The notes under the pieces are model-generated. The model was not told where the DNA came from. It saw only the letters and a list, made by a program, of their open reading frames with translations, and did no database searches. The position numbers were made by a program, and so were the translations under genes. A DNA stretch of 64,000 nucleotides from an uncultured Nitrospiraceae bacterium (lineage in GTDB: Bacteria; Nitrospirota; Thermodesulfovibrionia; Thermodesulfovibrionales; Dissulfurispiraceae). This document shows, one piece after another, positions 49,922 through 60,506 of this stretch. The first letter of the stretch is position 1. Each line of letters begins with the position of its first letter. The stretch lies in the NCBI GenBank assembly GCA_963705105.1, contig CAVPIW010000012.1, forward strand, positions 32,001-96,000, written 5' to 3'.

Positions 49922-52693
49922 ATGTCGTTGTCGAGGAGGGATTTTATCAAGACCGCCGCTGCCGTCGCCGCAGCAACGGCTGCCGGCATCCCTGTCCCTG
50001 AGGAGCTGCAGGCCGCGGTGAAGCACACCGAGGCCGGGTGGCGATGGGACAAGGCTGTCTGCAGGTTCTGCGGGACGGGGTGCGGCATCATGGTGGCGAC
50101 GAAAAACGACCGTATCGTCGCCGTGAAAGGCGACCCCGCCGCGCCTGTCAATGTGGGTCTGAACTGCATCAAAGGGTATTTCAACGCCAAGATCATCTAC
50201 GGCGCCGACAGGCTCACCGAACCCCTCATGAGGGTCAATGACAAGGGGGATTTCGACAAGAAAGGGAAGTTCAAGCCCGTCACGTGGCAGAAGGCCTTGG
50301 ACGAGATGGCGAAGCAGTTCAAGAAGTACTACGGCCAGGGAGGGCCGACGGCCGTCGGCATGTTCGGCTCGGGCCAGTGGACGGTGATGGAGGGATACGC
50401 CGCCGCCAAGCTGATGAAGGGCGGCTTCCGGAGCAACAACCTCGATCCCAACGCACGCCATTGTATGGCAAGTGCCGTCGCCGCCTTCATGGAGGTCTTC
50501 GGCATAGACGAGCCGGCGGGCAACTACGACGACATGCACCATTCCGATACGATCGTCCTCTGGGGCGCCAACATGTCGGAGATGCACCCCGTCCTCTGGT
50601 CAAAGATCACGGACCGCAAACTGAGCGACACGAAGCGGGTCAAGGTGGTCAACATCTCGACCTTCACAAACCGCTGCTCCAACCTCGCCGATCTCGAGAT
50701 CATCATCAAACCGAACGGCGACCTGGCGGTCCAGAACTACATTCTCCGCGAAATCGTCTACAACCGCCCCCAGGCGATCGACTGGGACTTCGTGAATGCC
50801 AACTGTGTCTTCACGACGGGCTATGTCGACATCGGTTACGGTCTCAGGCCCCAGACGACGCACGGCAAGTACAAGAAGACAGAGCTCGACACGGCGGCCA
50901 TGGAGTCCTTCAAAATCCTCACGAAAGAGGAGGCGACGGCCATGTCGTCCCTGGGGTACAAGGCCGGCGATAAGATGGAGATGAAGCACACGGCCGCACC
51001 GGGCGCTCACTGGGCGATCAGCTTCGAAGATTTCAAGAAAGGCCTCGATCCCTATACCCTCGACTTCGTCGCCGCCCTCGCCAAGGGAGACCCCGACGAA
51101 TCGGTTGAGGACTTCAAGAAGAAGCTCGTGACTCTCACCGACCTCTTCACCGAAAAGCAGCGCAAGGTGGTGAGCTTCTGGACCATGGGCTTCAATCAGC
51201 ATGTCCGGGGCACCTGGGTGAACGAGCAGGTCTATTCGATCCACCTTCTCCTGGGCAAACAGTCGCAGCCCGGCAACGGGGCCTTCAGCCTCACCGGCCA
51301 GCCGAGCGCCTGCGGCACGGCCCGCGAGGTCGGCACCTTCTCGCACCGGCTCCCGGCGGACATGGTCGTGACAAGCCCGAAGCACAGGGAGATCACCGAA
51401 AAGATCTGGAAGCTCCCCGGCGGCACGCTCAATCCCGCCATCGGGTCGCACTTCGTGAAGATCATGAGGGACCTCGAGGACGGCAGGATCCGCTGGGTCT
51501 GGGTGCAGGTGAACAACCCCTGGCAGAACACGGCGAATGCGAACCACTGGATCCAGGCGGCCCGGGAGATGGACAACTTCATCGTCGTCTCCGAAGCATA
51601 CCCCGGCATCTCCGCCAAGGTGGCAGACCTCATCCTGCCTGCCGCGATGATCTTCGAAAAGTGGGGCGCTTACGGGAACGCGGAGCGGAGGACCCAGCAC
51701 TGGAGGCAACAGGTGACGCCCATCGGCAAGTCCATGTCCGACACCTGGCAGCTCCTCGAATTCTCGAAGCGCTTCACCCTCGCCGAGGTCTGGAAGGAGC
51801 AGAAGATCGACGACAAGACGGTCCTGCCGAACGTCATCGCCAAGGCGAAGGAGATGGGCTACAAGGAGACGAGCACCCTCTTCGACGTCCTCTTCGCCCA
51901 CAAGGAAGCGCGGGCCTGCGTGTGGCCCGATCCCGTCGGGAAGGGTTTCCTCAACACCGAAGCGGCGGGAGACAGGCGAAACGTCGAGGGATTCAAGGGC
52001 TACGGCTTCTTTCTGCAGAAGGCTATGTGGGAGGAGTACCGGAAGTTTGGCGTCGGCCACGGCCACGACCTCGCGGACTTCGATACCTATCACAAGGTGC
52101 GGGGCCTGCGGTGGCCCGTCGTCGACGGCAAGGAGACGCTCTGGCGGTTCAACGCAGAGTATGATCCCTATGCGAAGAAGGCCGGGCACGGCAAGTTCGC
52201 CTTTTACGGCGACGCCATGAAGGAGATCCCGAAGGGAGACCTGTCGGGGCCGAAGGGCGACGAAAAGGTGAAGCTCCCGAACAAGGCGAAGATATTCCTC
52301 CGCCATTACATCGACCCGCCGGAGATCCCCGACAAGGATTATCCGCTCTGGCTCTGCACGGGAAGGGTGCTCGAACACTGGCACAGCGGCACCATGACGA
52401 TGCGCGTCCCCGAGCTCTACCGGGCCGTGCCGGAGGCCGTCTGCTTCATCCACGGCAAGGACGCCCAGAGCCATGGCGTTAAAGACGGCGACCTCGTCTG
52501 GATCGAGTCCCGGAGAGGGAAGGTCAAGGCGAGGATCGACACGAGGGGGAGAAACACCACGCCCCGGGGCCTGATCTTCGTTCCCTGGTTCGACGAGAAC
52601 GTCTTCATCAACAAGGTGACCCTTGATGCCACATGTCCCATCTCGAAAGAGACGGATTACAAGAAGTGCGCCGTCAAGATCTACAAAGCGTAA
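49922..52693 (+). CDS. napA: Periplasmic nitrate reductase catalytic subunit
   Basis: Tat [66 protein letters not shown]. Confidence 0.96.
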   Translation: MSLSRRDFIKTAAAVAAATAAGIPVPEELQAAVKHTEAGWRWDKAVCRFCGTGCGIMVATKNDRIVAVKGDPAAPVNVGLNCIKGYFNAKIIYGADRLTEPLMRVNDKGDFDKKGKFKPVTWQKALDEMAKQFKKYYGQGGPTAVGMFGSGQWTVMEGYAAAKLMKGGFRSNNLDPNARHCMASAVAAFMEVFGIDEPAGNYDDMHHSDTIVLWGANMSEMHPVLWSKITDRKLSDTKRVKVVNISTFTNRCSNLADLEIIIKPNGDLAVQNYILREIVYNRPQAIDWDFVNANCVFTTGYVDIGYGLRPQTTHGKYKKTELDTAAMESFKILTKEEATAMSSLGYKAGDKMEMKHTAAPGAHWAISFEDFKKGLDPYTLDFVAALAKGDPDESVEDFKKKLVTLTDLFTEKQRKVVSFWTMGFNQHVRGTWVNEQVYSIHLLLGKQSQPGNGAFSLTGQPSACGTAREVGTFSHRLPADMVVTSPKHREITEKIWKLPGGTLNPAIGSHFVKIMRDLEDGRIRWVWVQVNNPWQNTANANHWIQAAREMDNFIVVSEAYPGISAKVADLILPAAMIFEKWGAYGNAERRTQHWRQQVTPIGKSMSDTWQLLEFSKRFTLAEVWKEQKIDDKTVLPNVIAKAKEMGYKETSTLFDVLFAHKEARACVWPDPVGKGFLNTEAAGDRRNVEGFKGYGFFLQKAMWEEYRKFGVGHGHDLADFDTYHKVRGLRWPVVDGKETLWRFNAEYDPYAKKAGHGKFAFYGDAMKEIPKGDLSGPKGDEKVKLPNKAKIFLRHYIDPPEIPDKDYPLWLCTGRVLEHWHSGTMTMRVPELYRAVPEAVCFIHGKDAQSHGVKDGDLVWIESRRGKVKARIDTRGRNTTPRGLIFVPWFDENVFINKVTLDATCPISKETDYKKCAVKIYKA

Positions 52694-52712
52694 TGCAGGT
52701 GACGGTGAGACC

Positions 52713-53519
52713 ATGAACGCCGCCGGAGGACCGGTAACGGACCGGCGGACGTTCTTTGCCGGGCTGCTCAAAGGGGCGGGTGCGACGGCCCTCTGCGGCC
52801 TCGCCTGGACGGGGTTCATCGACGGCAAGACGTCGTATCCCCTCATCCTCCGCCCACCCGGCGCCGTGAGTGAGGAGGCATTCCTTGCGCTCTGCACCAA
52901 GTGCGGTCTCTGCGCGGGGGCATGCCCCTACGGCGCCCTCATCCTGGCGCGGCCGGGCGACGAAAGGCCCCTGGGGACTCCTTATTTCGTGATGCGGGAC
53001 AATCCGTGCCGCATGTGCAGGGACATTCCCTGTACGGTCGCCTGCCCGACAGGCGCCCTCGTCACATCACTCGTGACGGACCAGGGGGCCGACGGCAGGA
53101 GGAGGCTCAATGTGAACCTGGCAAGGATCGGCCTTGCCGTCATCGACAGGGAGACCTGCGTCGCCCACTGGGGCATCCAGTGCGATGCCTGCTATCGCGC
53201 CTGCCCTGTCATGGACAGGGCGATCACCATCGAGCAGACGAGGAACGTGCGGACGGGAAAGCATGCCATCCTCGTCCCCGTCATCCACAGCGACCACTGC
53301 ACGGGATGCGGCCTCTGCGAGCGGGCCTGCATCACGAAGAAGGCCTCCGTCTTCATACTGCCCCGGCAGATCGCCATGGGGGAATCAAGTACCCGGTACA
53401 TCAGGGGATGGGAGTCCGCCGACGAAGAGAGGATGCAGGACGTGCCCGAAGAGGCTGAAATCGTCACACCGAGGAGTTCACAGAAACCCCTCGACTATCT
53501 GAACAAGGGGGACTTATAG
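52713..53519 (+). CDS. napG: Ferredoxin-type protein NapG
   Basis: LRPPGA..CTKCGLC..CP, GTPYF..PCRMC.DIPC..ACPTGAL, CTGCGLCE.AC. Confidence 0.92.
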   Translation: MNAAGGPVTDRRTFFAGLLKGAGATALCGLAWTGFIDGKTSYPLILRPPGAVSEEAFLALCTKCGLCAGACPYGALILARPGDERPLGTPYFVMRDNPCRMCRDIPCTVACPTGALVTSLVTDQGADGRRRLNVNLARIGLAVIDRETCVAHWGIQCDACYRACPVMDRAITIEQTRNVRTGKHAILVPVIHSDHCTGCGLCERACITKKASVFILPRQIAMGESSTRYIRGWESADEERMQDVPEEAEIVTPRSSQKPLDYLNKGDL

Positions 53520-53521
53520 GG

Positions 53522-54358
53522 ATGCCGTCCGGCGGATCATATCGTTACACCGTTCCGCGGAGGCTGATCCAGTTGTCCGTCATGGCCCTCTTCGCCGGGG
53601 GCAACCTGTGGGGATGGAAGGTCCTCCAGGGGAACCTCAGCACGTCGAGACTGCTGGGCAGGATCACCCTTACCGATCCTTACGCGGCACTGCAGGTGTT
53701 GTTCACTCGCTATCTTCTTCCGATGGAGGCACTCGTCGGCGCCGTCATTGTCGCCGTGTTCTTTGCGGCTCTCGGAGGGCGGATATTCTGCGGATGGGTC
53801 TGCCCGGTCAACGTCGTGACGGACCTCGCCAACTGGCTGGGCAAAAGACTCGGGATGGAGACCTTTTTCGACCGTGTCCGTCCCACAAGGAACGCGCGGT
53901 ACTGGATATTGGCCGCAAGCCTCGTCCTGTCCACCATCCTCGGCGTGGCGGCCTTCGAATGGATCAGCCCCATCTCGCTGCTCCACCGCGGTCTCATCTT
54001 CGGCATGGGCATGGGATGGACAGCCGTCCTGGGCCTGTTCCTCTTCGATTTCATCATCATGAGGGACGGCTTCTGCGGTCATCTCTGCCCCCTCGGCGCC
54101 TTTTACGGCATCATAGGCCAAAGGGGCATCATCAGGGTATATTATGACCATGACAAATGTACGATGTGCATGAAGTGCCTGGAGACCTGCCCTGAGCGGC
54201 AGGTGCTCCCCATGGTCGGAAAGAGCAGTGCCTTCGTTCTGCAGGCGGAGTGCACCAACTGCGCCCGCTGTATCGAGATGTGCGGCGACGGCGCGATGGA
54301 ATTTCATACCAGATTTTACAAAAAGAACGTCAAGGGCAAGGAGGAAAACCATGCGTGA
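53522..54358 (+). CDS. napH: Quinol dehydrogenase membrane subunit NapH
   Basis: GNLS.S, DP, GRIFCGWVCP, CGHLCPLGAFY, two C-terminal 4Fe-4S motifs. Confidence 0.92.
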   Translation: MPSGGSYRYTVPRRLIQLSVMALFAGGNLWGWKVLQGNLSTSRLLGRITLTDPYAALQVLFTRYLLPMEALVGAVIVAVFFAALGGRIFCGWVCPVNVVTDLANWLGKRLGMETFFDRVRPTRNARYWILAASLVLSTILGVAAFEWISPISLLHRGLIFGMGMGWTAVLGLFLFDFIIMRDGFCGHLCPLGAFYGIIGQRGIIRVYYDHDKCTMCMKCLETCPERQVLPMVGKSSAFVLQAECTNCARCIEMCGDGAMEFHTRFYKKNVKGKEENHA

Positions 54359-54905
54359 GAAACATACACAGGCAGTCCTGATCGTCCTGTCGATCATCAT
54401 CTTTCTCGTATCGGGCACTGCACTGGCTGACAAGAAAAAAACCAAGGAACAGGATGAAGGAGACCTCGGCATCCGGAAGGAAACGATTTATGATGAATCC
54501 AGGGTGAAACCGGCCCACGGGGAGTATCCCTCGACCGAGCCGGGCAAGAGTAAGAAAATCCAGCGGGCCTTCGAGAACAGCCCGGCGCTCATCCCCCATG
54601 ACCTGACGGGCATGCTCCCCATAGCAGAGACGAACAACATGTGCCTCGGATGCCATATGCCCGATGCGGCGAGGGCCATCAACGCCACACCTCTGCCGAA
54701 AACCCATTTTGTCGACATGGACACGGGGAAAAACCTGGGCGCCAGCATTGACGGGAAGAGGTACGACTGCATGCAGTGCCATGTCCCCCAGGTGAACATC
54801 CCGGAGCCGATCAAGAACACCTTCAAACCCGATTTCAGAAAGAAGAAGGACATGACGAGTTCGAGCCTGCTCGAAACGCTCAATGAGGGGGTGAAGGTCG
54901 ATTGA
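54351..54905 (+). CDS. napB: Diheme cytochrome c NapB
   Basis: RAFENSPALIPH, CLGCH, THF, RYDCMQCHVPQ. Confidence 0.92.
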   Translation: MREKHTQAVLIVLSIIIFLVSGTALADKKKTKEQDEGDLGIRKETIYDESRVKPAHGEYPSTEPGKSKKIQRAFENSPALIPHDLTGMLPIAETNNMCLGCHMPDAARAINATPLPKTHFVDMDTGKNLGASIDGKRYDCMQCHVPQVNIPEPIKNTFKPDFRKKKDMTSSSLLETLNEGVKVD

Positions 54906-54918
54906 TAAGGGGAGCGCC

Positions 54919-55155
54919 ATGATCATTTCAGGCATCGTTGTGAGGACCGCCCCCGAGAACTTCGGGGCGGTCCTCGCGTCCCTCGAGGCATCGGGACTGT
55001 GCGAGGTGCACTTCTCCGATTCTTCCGCAGGGAAGATCGTCGTCACCGTAGAGGGCGACGGAAACGGCGGGGAGATGGTGAAGATGCGGGATATTCTGAA
55101 CATCCCCGGCGTGCTCTCGGCAGTCCTCGCCTATTCATGCAGCGACGGGGCGTAA
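54919..55155 (+). CDS. napD: Nap chaperone NapD
   Basis: IISGIVV..EVH..GKIVVTVE..IPGVLSA.LAY. Confidence 0.88.
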   Translation: MIISGIVVRTAPENFGAVLASLEASGLCEVHFSDSSAGKIVVTVEGDGNGGEMVKMRDILNIPGVLSAVLAYSCSDGA

Positions 55156-55411
55156 AGACAGTGTGAGTGTGAGTGTCAGTGACAGTAAGAGGAACGTTGT
55201 TGAACCAGTGTGAGTTGAGCGTGCCGTCGCGCGGAAAGGCGTGGCGTATGCGCCGAAAAGCATCGGTGCTGCGAAACCTCTGCCTTCCCGCACAGACCAT
55301 TGCAGACCAACGATCGAACAAAATTAACCTTTTGCGGACACTGACACAGACACTGACACTGTTTTTCGGAGCGTTTTGCCCCGTCTTTTTGCGCAAGGCA
55401 ACCGTGAATTA
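55155..55411. repeat. Modular repeat composite R7 (forward hexamer module + inverted near-complete copy)
   Basis: ACAGTGTGAGTGTGAGTGTCAGTG..., GGAAAGGCGTGGCGTATGCGCCGAAAA, ACACTGACAC..TGTTTTTCGGAGCG. Confidence 0.75.
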
Positions 55412-55493
55412 TGCTTCAGAAACCATGCCCTATCCTCGTGTGCAGGGTCTCGCTGTCCGCTATTTTCGACTGGGGTGAAAAAGACGGTGTCAC

Positions 55494-55530
55494 ACTCAAT
55501 AAACCAATCAACTCAATCAACCTAATCAAC
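55494..55530. repeat. Short 9-bp tandem repeat (~4 x CTCAATCAA)
   Basis: actcaataa accaatcaa ctcaatcaa cctaatcaa. Confidence 0.6.
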
Positions 55531-55550
55531 TTTCTGTTGGAGGTGGAGCC

Positions 55551-55661
55551 GTGAAGATTCTCAGGACATCGACACTGCTGTCCGGCGCGGTGCTCAGGAT
55601 CGCCGCCGGCCTGGGCGGCGCCCTGCTCGCGTTTCTTGCGCTGAAGAAGAAGAAAGACTGA
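55551..55661 (+). CDS. 36-aa hydrophobic microprotein with basic tail
   Basis: GGAGG RBS, GTG start, MKILRTSTLLSGAVLRIAAGLGGALLAFLALKKKKD; host-like codons. Confidence 0.55.
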   Translation: MKILRTSTLLSGAVLRIAAGLGGALLAFLALKKKKD

Positions 55662-55879
55662 AATAGACCATTCCGTCGCGCCATCCGGGCATGCCCGGGC
55701 CGGATAGACCATTCATGCCTTGTTTCGGGCGGTTCGGGAAACGGCCCCTCCTGTCGGCATCGAGACGGTGAAGCTCGACCAGGTGAAGGCGATACTCACA
55801 AAGCAGCCACCCTACGAGATGTTTTCAGGCTATGTGATCCACAGTTTCGAGTCCTATCTGCAGCAGGGCAACGGGGTGT

Positions 55880-56341
55880 TCAGAACGGCACCTTGATGCC
55901 GTTCAGTTCTTCCTTCGTAATGTCGGGCCACCTCTTGAGTGTCCAGTTTCCCACCCATGCCTTGAAAAGACCGAGGTTCTTCAGCCGCTCCTCGTCGGAG
56001 GCGCCGAGATACTGAAGCATGTTGCCGGGTTTCCCGTCCTTCGTACTCTTGCCGTCATCGAGCCTCCTCATGAGAGAGCCCGTGTCCGGCCAGGCGGTGA
56101 AGGAGACGAGATAGGTGTATGAATCCATGCGCGGTCCCTGGGACAGGTCTGCATACTTCTTCCTGTCCTTGGTGAATACGGGATATTCCGGAGAGTCCTT
56201 CCCGTGGCATCCTGCGCAGTGAGCCTCGAAAAGAGGCTTAATGGCCGTTGTGTATGTGACATCGGTCGCTCCGGCCGGAGCCAGAAGAGCAAGGATCACC
56301 ACGCAGACCGTCATCGCCTGTACTTTTGTCCTGTTAACCAT
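55880..56341 (-). CDS. Periplasmic monoheme cytochrome c-like protein
   Basis: Signal peptide, IKPLFEAHCAGCHG. Confidence 0.75.
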   Translation of the reverse strand: MVNRTKVQAMTVCVVILALLAPAGATDVTYTTAIKPLFEAHCAGCHGKDSPEYPVFTKDRKKYADLSQGPRMDSYTYLVSFTAWPDTGSLMRRLDDGKSTKDGKPGNMLQYLGASDEERLKNLGLFKAWVGNWTLKRWPDITKEELNGIKVPF

Positions 56342-56368
56342 CGTGAACCTCCCTTTTGTGTCGAATCC

Positions 56369-57400
56369 TCATCGTTGCTGAGACGGCTTCATTCCTTTTT
56401 CCCTAAGCCATTCGCCCACATGCTTCATTCCCTGCTCCAGCAGCGTCTCCGGAAGGAACCCCAGCTCTCTCTCCGATTTCTCGCAACAATACGTGACGGC
56501 CGATGATACGGCCCGCACGGCTTCTACGGAAAAAGGGGTCTGCATTCCCAGCATGGAGGCGCCGGCTTCCATCATTTTCGCGAAAGTCAGGACGACCGGG
56601 GCAGGCATGGCCGGGATCCATCCCTTGCCGAGCATCTTCCTGTAGCAGTCAAAGAACTCTTTCACCGTCACGAGTTCCTGTCCGCCCAGGATATATGCTT
56701 CCCCTGCCCTTGCCCGCTGCACCGAGAGCATGATCGCCCGCACGAGGTCGTCGATGTAGATCGGCTGGAGGAGCCCCTTCCCCTTGTTCGGGTAAATCAT
56801 GCGGCCCGATTTTATAAGCTCGATCGGCTTGGCTGTCCAGGCGTAATTCTCAGGCCCGTAAACCTGCGTCGGCTGGAGGATGACGGCGGGAAGTCCCTTC
56901 GTCGCCACGAGATCCCTCACGATGGATTCGGCTTCCATCTTCGTGTCGCAATAGGGCAGGCCGCTCGCCTCGAGAGGTGAATGCTCGTCTTTTCTCCCTG
57001 CGCCCTTGATGCCGTAAACCCAGGCGGTGCTCATGTGGAAGAACCGCTGCACTCCCTGGTCGGCGCTCTGCTCGGCCAGAAACCTGGTGCCCACCACGTT
57101 GACCTGTCTCAAATGGTCGAAAGGGTACCACCTGTCCGCCAGGGCAGCGGCAAAGTGGAAGACGGCATCCGCACCTTTCAGCGCCCGATTCAACACCCTC
57201 CAGTCGGTAATGTCGCCCGCCATGATTTCCGCTGACGTGCCGAAAAGCCTGTCCGCTTTCTCCATGTCCTTCGCGAGTATACGGAGGGAGTACCCGCTGC
57301 GCAGGAGCTCACGGGCCACCCTGCTGCCGATGTACCCTGTGCCGCCGGTGACGAGCACTTTCTTAAAGGGGACGATGCTCTGTAGGGTTTGTCGTTCCAT
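56369..57400 (-). CDS. NAD-dependent epimerase/dehydratase (extended SDR)
   Basis: VTGGTGYIG, YCDTK (YxxxK), VYGP. Confidence 0.9.
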   Translation of the reverse strand: MERQTLQSIVPFKKVLVTGGTGYIGSRVARELLRSGYSLRILAKDMEKADRLFGTSAEIMAGDITDWRVLNRALKGADAVFHFAAALADRWYPFDHLRQVNVVGTRFLAEQSADQGVQRFFHMSTAWVYGIKGAGRKDEHSPLEASGLPYCDTKMEAESIVRDLVATKGLPAVILQPTQVYGPENYAWTAKPIELIKSGRMIYPNKGKGLLQPIYIDDLVRAIMLSVQRARAGEAYILGGQELVTVKEFFDCYRKMLGKGWIPAMPAPVVLTFAKMMEAGASMLGMQTPFSVEAVRAVSSAVTYCCEKSERELGFLPETLLEQGMKHVGEWLREKGMKPSQQR

Positions 57401-57451
57401 GGCTGCCGATCCTTCGGGCGCGATTCTCGTTTCAGATTATTTCAGAACAAT

Positions 57452-58075
57452 TTACAGCAACTTGTCCGACACAAGGGCCGTAACGAGCGCATCGACAAGG
57501 GGCTGCACCGCCTTCTCTTTCGCCCCCTCCACCCTTGTCTGAGTAACGGCTGACCAGCGGAGCGTCTCGCTCTTTACATCAAATATTCTTGTCTCGATCG
57601 TGAAAATATCCGCCGAGTAACCGTAGCCCGGCGTGACGACAGCGGCATAGCTGTCGGTATAATAACCGTGCCAGCCGTAGGAAAGGTTCGTCGGCACGAG
57701 ATACACGCCGCCGGGGTAAAGCCTGTCAACCTCTCCCCTGCTTATGGGCCTCATGACCAGCACCGATTCCATGCCGAGTTCCCTGAGCTTTGCGACGACG
57801 GCGGCCCTGTCCTTCATCTGATCAACGGAAAAGAACTTGTGGCTCGCCAGTCCCTCCACACCCCGTGCCTTCATCCGGTCGAGGAACTCATTCTCCATAT
57901 ACCCGCGCAGCAGGTCCCGCTCCATGACGGCAATGACGAAAACCTTCCCGAACTTCGCCTGAAACTGTTCGTTTTTCCACGTCGTCGCGACCTTCGTCGA
58001 AGCACAGGCGGCAACGATGACAAGACTTGCGATGATGATAAAACACCGGCAGACCCATCTCTTTTTCAGCTCCAT
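57452..58075 (-). CDS. Lipoprotein of unknown function
   Basis: Lipobox VAAC followed by a 207-aa globular ORF. Confidence 0.75.
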   Translation of the reverse strand: MELKKRWVCRCFIIIASLVIVAACASTKVATTWKNEQFQAKFGKVFVIAVMERDLLRGYMENEFLDRMKARGVEGLASHKFFSVDQMKDRAAVVAKLRELGMESVLVMRPISRGEVDRLYPGGVYLVPTNLSYGWHGYYTDSYAAVVTPGYGYSADIFTIETRIFDVKSETLRWSAVTQTRVEGAKEKAVQPLVDALVTALVSDKLL

Positions 58076-58134
58076 TTTCCCTTCGCTCCTTTTTGATGTA
58101 TTGTACCCCGAAATATTGTCTTACACAACCATGG

Positions 58135-58171
58135 TAAAGCATGCAGTTGTATGAAAAGGCGGGGCAGATGC
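58135..58171 (+). repeat. Modular repeat, isolated left end R8
   Basis: TGCAGTTGTATGAAAAGGCGGGGCAGATGC. Confidence 0.6.
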
Positions 58172-58213
58172 TCAGAAACATAAAGCCATCCTGCCGGCAA
58201 CGATGAACACGGT

Positions 58214-58927
58214 TCAGGGGACGAAGTCGATCCACCGGCCTCCGGAGAGGATTTCATTGGGCCGGAAGGATTTCTTGTACGACATCTTTTCCGTCTCGCC
58301 GACGTAATAACCAAGGTAATAGTAGCGCTTTCCCAGGAGCGCCGACAGTTCGATTTCCCTGAGCATGGTATAGATGCCGATTCTTCGCGGGAGCAGGTCG
58401 GTGTCGTAAAAACAGTAGTTCGATGAGAGGGCATCGAGTCCCTCGTCGACGATCCCCACGGCGATGAGTTTGTCGCCAAGGTAGTAATCCATCTCGATCG
58501 TGCCTGAATAGCCGTTGAACAGGCACTCAAGGAGCATCCCCGTCCGGCTTTCGTCTTCAGCCGTGCTGCCGTGCTTCACCGACAGATATCTGCTGTAGAG
58601 CCGCATCTTTTCTCTGCTCATGAAAGGCCTCGACAGGACGAGACGTATATCCGCGTTTTTCCTGAGGGTCCTCCTCTGGCCCCTGCCCGGCCGGAACCCT
58701 GACGGATCGAGACGAATGGGGATGCAGGCGTTACAATCTCTGCAGGCGTTCCGGTAGAAAATCCCTCCCAGCCTCCGGTACCCTTCAGCGAGCAGCAGGT
58801 GGAAATTGTCCGGAGGGTCTTCAGACGGGCCGTAGACTATGGCGGAGATCCTGCCGTCGTCGAAATAGGGGCAGGGACCCTCATCGGAGAACGAGAGGGG
58901 AGACAGGATGGCATTGTCACGCATCAT
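58214..58927 (-). CDS. Arginyl-tRNA-protein transferase-like (Ate/Bpt)
   Basis: PCPY, GYRRLG..YR.ACRDCNACIPIR, LSSNYCFYD, YYYLGYYV..KMSYK..FRP. Confidence 0.88.
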   Translation of the reverse strand: MMRDNAILSPLSFSDEGPCPYFDDGRISAIVYGPSEDPPDNFHLLLAEGYRRLGGIFYRNACRDCNACIPIRLDPSGFRPGRGQRRTLRKNADIRLVLSRPFMSREKMRLYSRYLSVKHGSTAEDESRTGMLLECLFNGYSGTIEMDYYLGDKLIAVGIVDEGLDALSSNYCFYDTDLLPRRIGIYTMLREIELSALLGKRYYYLGYYVGETEKMSYKKSFRPNEILSGGRWIDFVP

Positions 58928-59579
58928 CGCCGTCTATGGACGCCTGCGCCCTGCCGCAGAAATCAAGGTTGATGTCGACCATCTGCCTGAGCACGCGCTC
59001 CCGGTCGATGCCGTATTGATTCATAAGGGTCGAAGCGATCGACGCGTATCGTCCGAAGACCTCTCCCACGTGGCCGGCCGTATACTGGTGGGAGAAGTCC
59101 GGGCACTCCCTGTTGGCGGCGTCCGATTCTATGTATGGCGTCTTCCTGAATGTCTCGTCGATCTGCCCGGCGATCTCGTCCCTCAGAGAAGGCGACTCGT
59201 CACCCTCCACACGCCTCCGGAAGAGCGCTTCGAGAGGGGAGTTTTCGGCATCGAGGCAGGTGGTGAAGTTCCGGCAGTTCTTGCAACTGAACCTGATCTC
59301 ATCCCTGAGGATGTCGATGAGACAGACCTCGAGGACATGCCGGAAGGTCTCGTCATCGCCGGGATTGACAAGTTCGATGAGGCTTTCGACAAAGCCTTCC
59401 CCCTGACGGATGACAGCCGCCGGTGCCTCGTCCACCTTTTTCGCCATCTCCGACCCGATGATGCCCGTTGCGAGGATGACGTAGTAGCGGAGATCCTCGG
59501 GAAAGAGCGTGAGGCGCCTGCTGAACTCCCTCTGGTTCAGTTCATGATAGACTGCGAGCATCGCGTATGATTCAGTCAC
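58917..59579 (-). CDS. Hypothetical protein with CxxC-x5-C...CPDF motif
   Basis: RBS AGGAGG before GTG 59579; overlaps both neighbours. Confidence 0.7.
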   Translation of the reverse strand: MTESYAMLAVYHELNQREFSRRLTLFPEDLRYYVILATGIIGSEMAKKVDEAPAAVIRQGEGFVESLIELVNPGDDETFRHVLEVCLIDILRDEIRFSCKNCRNFTTCLDAENSPLEALFRRRVEGDESPSLRDEIAGQIDETFRKTPYIESDAANRECPDFSHQYTAGHVGEVFGRYASIASTLMNQYGIDRERVLRQMVDINLDFCGRAQASIDGDDA

Positions 59580-60393
59580 TGCTTCCTCCTGTTCCGATAC
59601 CGGCCCTGACGTCCGCTCCCCATTCCCTGAGTTTCGCGGTGATGAAGGCGATAATCGCACGGTGCTCCCCGGTTCCCCTGTCGGCGACGTGCAGGGGTGA
59701 GCCGAAAGCGAAATGGACCGTCTTTGCGGGATCGATGGGTCCGAAATCCTTGAGACGCCTGCCCGTGCCCCAGGCATCGGTCCTGAGGGCGATGGGAATG
59801 ACGGGCACACCGGCCTTTTTTGCCAGCTTGATACCGATCGTGTTGAACTCGCCGGGATCGAAGACATTTGTTCTCGTGGTCTGCGGAAAAATGACGATGG
59901 ACCTGCCTGATTTCAGGATCTCCGATCCACCGTCGAGGACGGCCCGGAGGTCATCACGGGGGTTGGTCCTGCCGACGGTGACGGGGTCCCGGGATCGCAT
60001 CACATATTTGAAGACGGGATAATCGATGAGGCTTTTCTTGACGACGAAGGTGACGTCCTTGAAGGGGACGATGATGCAGGGGAGGATGAAGGTCTCGAGG
60101 GTGCTCATATGGTTGCCGATGAAGAGGCAGGGTCCGTCCTGCCCGGCAATGTTGTCCGCGCCGGTAATGTGGAACTGCACGCCAACCCGCTCGAGGGCCT
60201 TGAACACGTCGAAGCTGCTCGCCGCCCAGTCCCACGTGTCATAGCGGCCGCGCCTGGCACGTCGACTTGAACGCATGACGATCGCGATGAGCCGTGCATA
60301 AAAAGGCAGTGAAGGGGACAGGCGCGACAGTACCGCACCTCTGTTCTGAGGAGTATGGTAGGAGCCGTTCGTGAAATGTATAAGTTCCTTCAT
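59572..60393 (-). CDS. plsC: 1-acyl-sn-glycerol-3-phosphate acyltransferase family
   Basis: NHMSTLET (HxxxxD/E), FPQTTR, GVPVIPIAL. Confidence 0.82.
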   Translation of the reverse strand: MKELIHFTNGSYHTPQNRGAVLSRLSPSLPFYARLIAIVMRSSRRARRGRYDTWDWAASSFDVFKALERVGVQFHITGADNIAGQDGPCLFIGNHMSTLETFILPCIIVPFKDVTFVVKKSLIDYPVFKYVMRSRDPVTVGRTNPRDDLRAVLDGGSEILKSGRSIVIFPQTTRTNVFDPGEFNTIGIKLAKKAGVPVIPIALRTDAWGTGRRLKDFGPIDPAKTVHFAFGSPLHVADRGTGEHRAIIAFITAKLREWGADVRAGIGTGGSSD

Positions 60394-60410
60394 CGTTTTA
60401 TGATCCGGGC

Positions 60411-60500
60411 AACTCCCGGAAAGTCGGGGCAGATGCGTTTGTGACGATGAAGGCGTCGCCGCAGCAAGGTTTTCGGCGCATACGCCCCGCTCTTCCGGGG
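60411..60500. repeat. Modular repeat mini-copy R9 (two right-type ends, inverted)
   Basis: CCCGGAAAGTCGGGGCAGATGCG...GTCGCCGCAGCAAGGTTTTCGGCGCATACGCCCCGC. Confidence 0.7.
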
Positions 60501-60506
60501 TGATAG

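Noticed and set aside
50600..52900. Long antisense ORFs (766 aa opposite napA; also 42425-44131, 18796-20112, 47727-49106, 61692-63113)
   Set aside because: Shadow ORFs caused by high GC3 on the opposite strand of well-supported genes; no recognisable motifs.
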